This document shows positions 58,619 to 64,000 of a stretch of 64,000 bases of DNA, one piece after another. Numbering within the stretch: position 1 is the stretch's first letter; every line of letters begins with the position of its first letter. Made by a program: the position numbers and the translations under genes. Source of the stretch: Candidatus Dormibacteria bacterium (GTDB taxonomy: Bacteria > Chloroflexota > Dormibacteria > Aeolococcales > Aeolococcaceae); contig JBEKKP010000020.1 of the NCBI GenBank assembly GCA_050010655.1, positions 404 through 64,403 on the forward strand. Reading direction: 5' to 3'. Below the pieces are notes generated by a model. The model saw only the letters and a program-made list of their open reading frames with translations. It had not been told where the DNA came from and made no database searches.

Positions 58619-58996
58619 ATGCCGACAGCCCGCGCCCGCATCCTGATCGCCGAGGATGAGGCCGCTGTCGCTCAGCAGATCATCAATCGATTCACCGTGC
58701 TCGGTCACGACGTGCACTGGGCGAAAGCCGTTCGCGAAGTGCGCGCGGAGCTTCCGACATTCGAGCCGGACGTGCTCATCCTCGATGCGACCCTGGACAC
58801 GGACGGCCTCGAGCTCTTTCAGGCGATCCGCTTCGCGCCGGAGCATCCTCGCGCCGGGGTCGTCATCCTCACGGCCGCCGGCGACATCGGCGCCCGCGAG
58901 CGCGCTCAGCAACTCGGCGCCGCCGCGGTGATGATGAAGCCGGTGCGCCACGACGAGCTCGTTGAGATCGTCGAGGACCTGCTGACCTACATCTGA
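58619..58996 (+). CDS. Single-domain response regulator
   Basis: ILIAEDE, PDVLILD, VVILTA, MMKP. Confidence 0.88.
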   Translation: MPTARARILIAEDEAAVAQQIINRFTVLGHDVHWAKAVREVRAELPTFEPDVLILDATLDTDGLELFQAIRFAPEHPRAGVVILTAAGDIGARERAQQLGAAAVMMKPVRHDELVEIVEDLLTYI

Positions 58997-59021
58997 CGCA
59001 GCGTGCGAGGGCGGGTCGCGG

Positions 59022-59567
59022 TCAGTGGAAGACCGCGTCCAGCACGATATTGACGCTGCTCCCGGCGACCCAGATCCCCAGCGTTGCCCACACGTAGACG
59101 GGAACCGCCGACGGCTTGTCGTACCAGCTCACCACGCGACGGTCGGTCATGATCACGATCGCCAGGACGTCGAGGAGCGCGAGGATGAGCGTGCCGAGCA
59201 ACCCGGGCAAGCCTGCGCTGTTGCCCGAGACTGCCAACACGACCTCGGAAACGGCCGCCAGTGCAATCTGCGTGACGAAGGTGCCGATCTGCACCGTGCG
59301 AATCCAGGCGTGACGGCGCGTCAACAGAGACGCGAGGATGATCAATGTCGCCGCAAACGCGGCATACGCCACCGCCTCGACGATCTGCGCCGAGAACGGC
59401 AGGGCCTTAGCGCCTGAGCTGCTCTGCACGGCGCCGGCGAACGGCGCCAGCGTCACGAAGAGCGCGAGGATCGCGAGCGCCAGGTCCCACGTATAGACGT
59501 AGAGGACCGCGCCCGGCCGGCGCTGCTCCTGCTGTTCCTCGTCTCGCGCGGTCACCGAGTTCGCCAC
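59022..59567 (-). CDS. Hypothetical membrane protein
   Basis: About 5 hydrophobic segments. Confidence 0.7.
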   Translation of the reverse strand: MANSVTARDEEQQEQRRPGAVLYVYTWDLALAILALFVTLAPFAGAVQSSSGAKALPFSAQIVEAVAYAAFAATLIILASLLTRRHAWIRTVQIGTFVTQIALAAVSEVVLAVSGNSAGLPGLLGTLILALLDVLAIVIMTDRRVVSWYDKPSAVPVYVWATLGIWVAGSSVNIVLDAVFH

Positions 59568-59629
59568 GCGGCGATGATGGCATCGCGAGGACCGGTCGCC
59601 GCGTCCAGGTGGCGACGTACGCTTTGCCC

Positions 59630-60706
59630 GTGACCACCATCGTCGTTCTCCGGGGCGACCAGACCGGCCAGGAACTCCTCGACGAGGCGCTCCGAGTGAT
59701 CCACCCGGACGTGATCAACGTGGAACTCGAGCTGCAGACGTTCGACCTGTCACTGGCGCATCGGCGCGAGACCGCGAACGCTGTGGTCGGCGAGGCCGCG
59801 GATGCGATGCGCGAGGCGGGCTTCGGGCTCAAGGCAGCTACCGTGACGCCAACCGATCGCTCCGATGTCGGGAGCCCTAACGCACTGCTCCGCGAGCGTG
59901 TCGGCGGACGAGTGATCCTGCGCACCGGGCAGCGGATTCCTGGCGTCGCCGGCATCGCGGGGGTCAGTGCGCCGATCAGCATCGTGCGAATGGCGGTCGA
60001 TGACGCCTACAACGCCAAGGAATGGCGCGAGGATGACGACGGCGACGAGATCGCGTACCGCACTGAGCACATCTCGCGCGCGACGTGCCGGGCGGTTGCG
60101 GAATTCGCCTTCGTTCATGCGGCGCGCACGCATGCCCGGGTGTTCGGTGGCCCCAAGTTCACCGTGTCGCGGATCTACGAAGGCATGTTCAAGGAAGAGC
60201 TCGACGCCGCCGCGGGACGTCATCCCGAGGTGGATTACGAGCCGCAGCTGATCGACGCCACCTACGCGTTGCTCTTCAGCCGCGCGGGCGATGCGCTTGT
60301 CATCCCCGCCCTCAACCGCGACGGCGATTGCCTGAGCGACCTGGTGCTGCCCCTCTTCGGGAGCATCGCCGGAGCCGAGTCGCTGTTGCTTGGTTTCGGC
60401 GACGACCCGCTCGTCCCTTCGGTGGTGATGGCCGAGGCACCGCACGGCACTGCGCCGAGCCTCGAGGGCAAGAACGTCGCCAACCCCATGGCGATGATCC
60501 TCGCGGCGTCGGCACTCCTCGGGTTCGCGTCCGACGATCGTTGCAAGCGTGCGTCGGCAGTGATCCGTGACGCGGTGTTCGACGCGCTGCGCGCCGGTAT
60601 CGCCACGTCGGACCTCGGCGGCCAGGCTTCGACCACCGGCTTCACCGACTCCGTGATCGCGCGTGTCCGGTTGGCCATTGCGGCGGCGCGTGCGCACCAG
60701 TCATGA
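59630..60706 (+). CDS. Isocitrate/isopropylmalate family dehydrogenase
   Basis: GDQTGQE, SPNALLR, DGDCLSD, EAPHGTAP, ANPMAMILA. Confidence 0.9.
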   Translation: MTTIVVLRGDQTGQELLDEALRVIHPDVINVELELQTFDLSLAHRRETANAVVGEAADAMREAGFGLKAATVTPTDRSDVGSPNALLRERVGGRVILRTGQRIPGVAGIAGVSAPISIVRMAVDDAYNAKEWREDDDGDEIAYRTEHISRATCRAVAEFAFVHAARTHARVFGGPKFTVSRIYEGMFKEELDAAAGRHPEVDYEPQLIDATYALLFSRAGDALVIPALNRDGDCLSDLVLPLFGSIAGAESLLLGFGDDPLVPSVVMAEAPHGTAPSLEGKNVANPMAMILAASALLGFASDDRCKRASAVIRDAVFDALRAGIATSDLGGQASTTGFTDSVIARVRLAIAAARAHQS

Positions 60707-61881
60707 GCCGCATCCATCTCGACCATGCGGCCACGACGCCGCTGGCCCCCGAGGTGCTCAACGAGATGCTGCCGTACTTGACGGTAACGCAGGGCAATCC
60801 GTCCTCGGTGCATGAGTCCGGCCGGGCTGCGCGCGCGGCCGTTGACCGGTCACGGGATCGCATCGCCGTGCTGCTCGACTGCGCGCAGCGTGAGATCGTC
60901 TTCACCGGCTCCGGCACCGAAGCCGACAACCTGGCGATCCGCGGCGTGCTCGAGCGCTGGGGCGCCGAGCGCGGCCGTCACATCGTGATCAGCGCGATCG
61001 AACATGACGCCATCCTCGAGACGGCGCGCCACCTCGAGGAGACCGGGATGGCAACGGTCACGATCGTTGGATGCGACCGTGAGTGCCGTGTCGACCCGGA
61101 GGCCGTGGCCGAATCCGTCACGCCCGAGACCGCGCTCGTTTCAGTCATGTTCGTCAACAACGAGACGGGCGCTATCCAGGACATCGCCGCGATCGCGGAC
61201 GCCGTGCGTCGTCGCAACCCGAGGACGCTCGTTCATACGGATGCCGTGCAGGCACTCGGCCGGATCCCGTTCCATCCGGCGGAGCTCGGTGTCGACCTCA
61301 TGTCTGTCTCCGCGCACAAGTTGTACGGGCCCAAAGGCGTCGGCGCGCTGTGGATCCGCCATGGCGTCGTGCTCGCTGCGCAGAACACCGGTGGCGGACA
61401 GGAGCGGAACCGCCGCAGCGCAACCGAGAACGTCGCCGGAATTGTCGGCTTCGCCGCCGCTGCAGAGCTGGCCGAGCGGGTGCGCGCCGAGGAAACCGCA
61501 CGCCAGGTCGCATTGTGCCGCCGGCTCATCGCCGCGGTGCGCGAGCACGTGCCGGACGCGATCGTCACGGCCGATGCATCGGCGAAGGCTCCGGGATTCG
61601 CGACCTTCGCGCTCCCGGGCGTTCGGAGTGACGTGCTCCTCGCAGCCCTCGACATGGACGGCGTCGAGGCGTCGGCCGGCTCCGCCTGCGCAAGCGGCGC
61701 GCCGCTCCCCTCGCACGTGCTCAGAGCAATGGGCTACTCGGACGAACTCGCCGCCGGCGCCCTGCGCTGTACGACCGGCCGATCCACGACTACGCAGGAC
61801 GTGGACGCGGCGGCCTCAATCATCGCCAGGGCGGTCGCGAGAGTACGGGCGGGCGCCGGCGCGGCTGTCGCGGGTCGTTGA
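60703..61881 (+). CDS. Class I cysteine desulfurase (IscS/NifS type)
   Basis: LDHAATTP, GNPSS, NNETG, HTDAVQ, SAHKLYGPKG, SAGSAC. Confidence 0.93.
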   Translation: MSRIHLDHAATTPLAPEVLNEMLPYLTVTQGNPSSVHESGRAARAAVDRSRDRIAVLLDCAQREIVFTGSGTEADNLAIRGVLERWGAERGRHIVISAIEHDAILETARHLEETGMATVTIVGCDRECRVDPEAVAESVTPETALVSVMFVNNETGAIQDIAAIADAVRRRNPRTLVHTDAVQALGRIPFHPAELGVDLMSVSAHKLYGPKGVGALWIRHGVVLAAQNTGGGQERNRRSATENVAGIVGFAAAAELAERVRAEETARQVALCRRLIAAVREHVPDAIVTADASAKAPGFATFALPGVRSDVLLAALDMDGVEASAGSACASGAPLPSHVLRAMGYSDELAAGALRCTTGRSTTTQDVDAAASIIARAVARVRAGAGAAVAGR

Positions 61882-61923
61882 CCGGTCACGACCCCTGCGG
61901 GCCGCACGTCAGGAAGAGCGTGG

Positions 61924-62430
61924 TCACGCCGGGGCAGATAGGCCGATCGCGGTTCGCAGCGCCGTGGCGTCCGTGGCGGCCGTGGCGAGCAGCGGGATGA
62001 CCTGCGCCTGAAGCGTGGCGATCACGGTGATGGCGGGGGCGGTGGCGGCCTGCTCCAGGAGCTTCTCGATGGCGGCGTCGTCTCCGAGCAGCCGGGCTGA
62101 CTCAGTAGTGGCGTTTCCGCTGAAGGGGATCGCCCGCAGTGCGTTGTCGTAGGCGATCGTCAGCTGCCGCTGACCGCTCAGCGCTGTCTGGCACGCGGTG
62201 AGCGACACCGTCGCACTGCCCGCGTCGCAGACACCGTTCTCGGTCGTGGCGATCTGCTCCTCACCCGTGTTGTAGTGGGTCGCGGCCGCCGTGTAGCGGG
62301 CCTGGATCTGGGCAACCGTCAGCGGCGTGGGAGTCGTCGTGTTGGGGCTCGACGATCCGCCGCAGGCTGCGAGCAGGGCAGCCGCAATTGCCAGCAGGAT
62401 CGGCAAACGAGCGTGGGGGAGTGGCTTCAC
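61924..62430 (-). CDS. Hypothetical lipoprotein
   Basis: Lipobox LLAAC followed by a Ser/Thr/Pro linker. Confidence 0.7.
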   Translation of the reverse strand: MKPLPHARLPILLAIAAALLAACGGSSSPNTTTPTPLTVAQIQARYTAAATHYNTGEEQIATTENGVCDAGSATVSLTACQTALSGQRQLTIAYDNALRAIPFSGNATTESARLLGDDAAIEKLLEQAATAPAITVIATLQAQVIPLLATAATDATALRTAIGLSAPA

Positions 62431-62489
62431 CGCCCGGCGAGAATATCGCAGCGGTGGCCGGATCCCTCTCGGACGAAGGGCGGGTCGGG

Positions 62490-62517
62490 TATAATTCTGA
62501 CCATGACAGTCGGGATT
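62490..62517 (+). promoter_or_regulatory. -10 box plus putative Rrf2 (IscR-type) operator
   Basis: TATAAT 62490-95 overlapping AATTCTGAC-N7-GTCGGGATT, similar to the IscR type-1 GAC-N7-GTC core. Confidence 0.6.
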
Positions 62518-62592
62518 CTCTCGAGCCCGGCGCGAGGCGCCTCGCACCGGCACACATCCGATCCCAGCGCCCCAGCCGCAGCTTCGTTTTCG

Positions 62593-63048
62593 ATGCGGGT
62601 GAGTTCAAAGGCTCACTACGGGCTTCGCATGATGACCGAGTTCGCCAAGGCGTATGGCGCCGGTCCTCTGAGCATCGCCGAGGTGGCTCGCGTCGAGCAC
62701 CTGCCGCTCGCGTATCTCGAGCAACTCGCCTCGCAACTGCGGCGCGGTGGGCTCGTCGAGAGCACGCGCGGCGTGCACGGCGGGTATGCGCTCACCCGGC
62801 CGGCCGAGCAGATCAGCGTGCTCGACGTCGTCACAGTGATCGAGGGCGAGGTCTCCCCGGTGGAATGCGTCTCCCACAGCTACGTCAGCGGCACATGCCA
62901 GCGCGAGGGCGAGTGCGCGTCGCGCGGGCTCTGGATGCGCCTCAAGCAGAGCATCGATGCGGTGCTCAGCCAGACAACGCTTGCCGAACTCGTGGCCGAT
63001 CAGTCGCTGATCGACTCGATGGCACCGGCCCCAGAGCCGGCACGATGA
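62593..63048 (+). CDS. Rrf2 family (IscR-like) regulator of the suf operon
   Basis: YLEQL, STRGVHGGY; three Cys in ECVS...TCQREGEC. Confidence 0.92.
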   Translation: MRVSSKAHYGLRMMTEFAKAYGAGPLSIAEVARVEHLPLAYLEQLASQLRRGGLVESTRGVHGGYALTRPAEQISVLDVVTVIEGEVSPVECVSHSYVSGTCQREGECASRGLWMRLKQSIDAVLSQTTLAELVADQSLIDSMAPAPEPAR

Positions 63049-63803
63049 GCAAAGCGGTCCTTTCGATCTCCGGCCTCCACGCGACAGTCGAGGGCAAGGA
63101 GATCCTCAAAGGGGTCGACCTCGAGGTGGCGCAGGGCGAGATCCATGCGCTCATGGGGCCGAACGGCTCGGGCAAAAGCACCCTCGCGTACACGCTCATG
63201 GGTCATCCGAAGTACGTGGTGACCGGTGGCTCGGTGACGTTCGGTGGCGAGGATCTGCTCCCGCTCACCGCCGACGCCCGCGCACGGCTGGGCCTGTTCC
63301 TCTGCTTCCAGTACCCGACCGCGATTCCCGGGGTGAGCACGGTGAACTTCCTTCGCGCGGCGCTGCGCGCCCAGGGGAAGGAGATGCCCGCGCGCGAGTT
63401 CCTGAACCGTCTCAGCACGGAGATGCAGGAGCTGAAGATCGACGAGAGCTTCCGCTCCCGCTACATCAACGACGGGTTCTCCGGCGGTGAGAAGAAGCGC
63501 ATGGAAATCCTGCAGCTCGCCATGCTGCGTCCCAAGCTCGCGATTCTCGACGAGACCGACTCAGGCCTCGACGTTGACGCGCTGCGCACTGTCGCCGACG
63601 GCGTCATGCGCCTCTGCGGGCCGGACATGGGTGTCCTGGTGATCACCCACTACCCGCGCATCCTCGAACATCTACACCCGGATCGCGTGCACGTCCTTCA
63701 TGACGGGCGCGTGGTCACCTCCGGCGGGGCGGACCTTGCGCGACAGATCGAGCGCGAGGGCTACGAACCAATTCTCGGGACGGCCGTGGCCGCCACCGCG
63801 TAG
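63045..63803 (+). CDS. sufC: Fe-S cluster assembly ATPase SufC
   Basis: MGPNGSGKST, FQYP, GFSGGEKKR, LDETDSGLD, ITHY. Confidence 0.96.
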   Translation: MSKAVLSISGLHATVEGKEILKGVDLEVAQGEIHALMGPNGSGKSTLAYTLMGHPKYVVTGGSVTFGGEDLLPLTADARARLGLFLCFQYPTAIPGVSTVNFLRAALRAQGKEMPAREFLNRLSTEMQELKIDESFRSRYINDGFSGGEKKRMEILQLAMLRPKLAILDETDSGLDVDALRTVADGVMRLCGPDMGVLVITHYPRILEHLHPDRVHVLHDGRVVTSGGADLARQIEREGYEPILGTAVAATA

Positions 63804-63813
63804 GAGATTCGCG

Positions 63814-64000
63814 ATGGCGATTCAGGCGAAAGAGCTGACCAAGGACTACCAGTACGGCTTTTCCGATGTCGACGTCTCGGTGTTTCGCACCGCGAAGGGA
63901 TTGTCGCCCGAGGTTGTCGCATCCATCTCGCAGCACAAGGGCGAGCCGGAATGGATGCTGAAATTCCGCCTCAAGGCACTCGACCATTTCCGCAAACGGC
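63814..64000 (+). CDS. sufB: Fe-S cluster assembly protein SufB (3' partial)
   Basis: MAIQAKELTKDYQYGF...KGLSPEVV...KGEPEWMLKFRLKAL; follows sufC. Confidence 0.9.
   Translation, partial: MAIQAKELTKDYQYGFSDVDVSVFRTAKGLSPEVVASISQHKGEPEWMLKFRLKALDHFRKR

Noticed and set aside
54062-58646. Very long plus-strand ORFs (813 and 820 aa), and similar ones elsewhere such as 38980-40830 and 5797-7302
   Set aside because: They are antisense shadows of well-supported genes in GC-rich DNA and contain no motifs

Overview
A gene-dense, GC-rich bacterial chromosome segment made up mostly of housekeeping genes. The lineage is probably Terrabacteria, plausibly Ca. Dormibacterota or Chloroflexota-related; this is inferred from gene content and protein style, not tested. 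It holds about 80 CDS. Translation and replication: rplI-dnaB, rpsF-ssb-rpsR, CCA enzyme, rsmG, DEAD helicase, HU. Cell wall: murE, two FemABX transferases, D,D-carboxypeptidase, GH73-type glucosaminidase, a degenerate Amidase_3, yvcK. One-carbon and serine metabolism: gcvT-gcvH, class V aminotransferase-serA-DUF1015, folB-folD-?-folC. Also fumC, glpX, a cysteine desulfurase, the start of an Rrf2-sufC-sufB operon, tRNA-Val(CAC) and a vapBC module. I saw no CRISPR array, integrase or transposase. The best leads are: (1) a 160-aa protein with a helical N-terminus and six GRP AT-hook-like motifs, divergent from murE; (2) a 25-codon leader ORF plus intrinsic terminator upstream of an ABC exporter, a candidate attenuator; (3) a ParB/Srx-motif DUF1015 protein in the serB position of a serine operon; (4) an amidase that has lost its Zn ligands; (5) an LprG/P55-like lipoprotein-MFS pair; (6) a structured DEAD-helicase leader; (7) widespread leaderless gene starts. 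All calls come from reading motifs by eye; no database searches were run.
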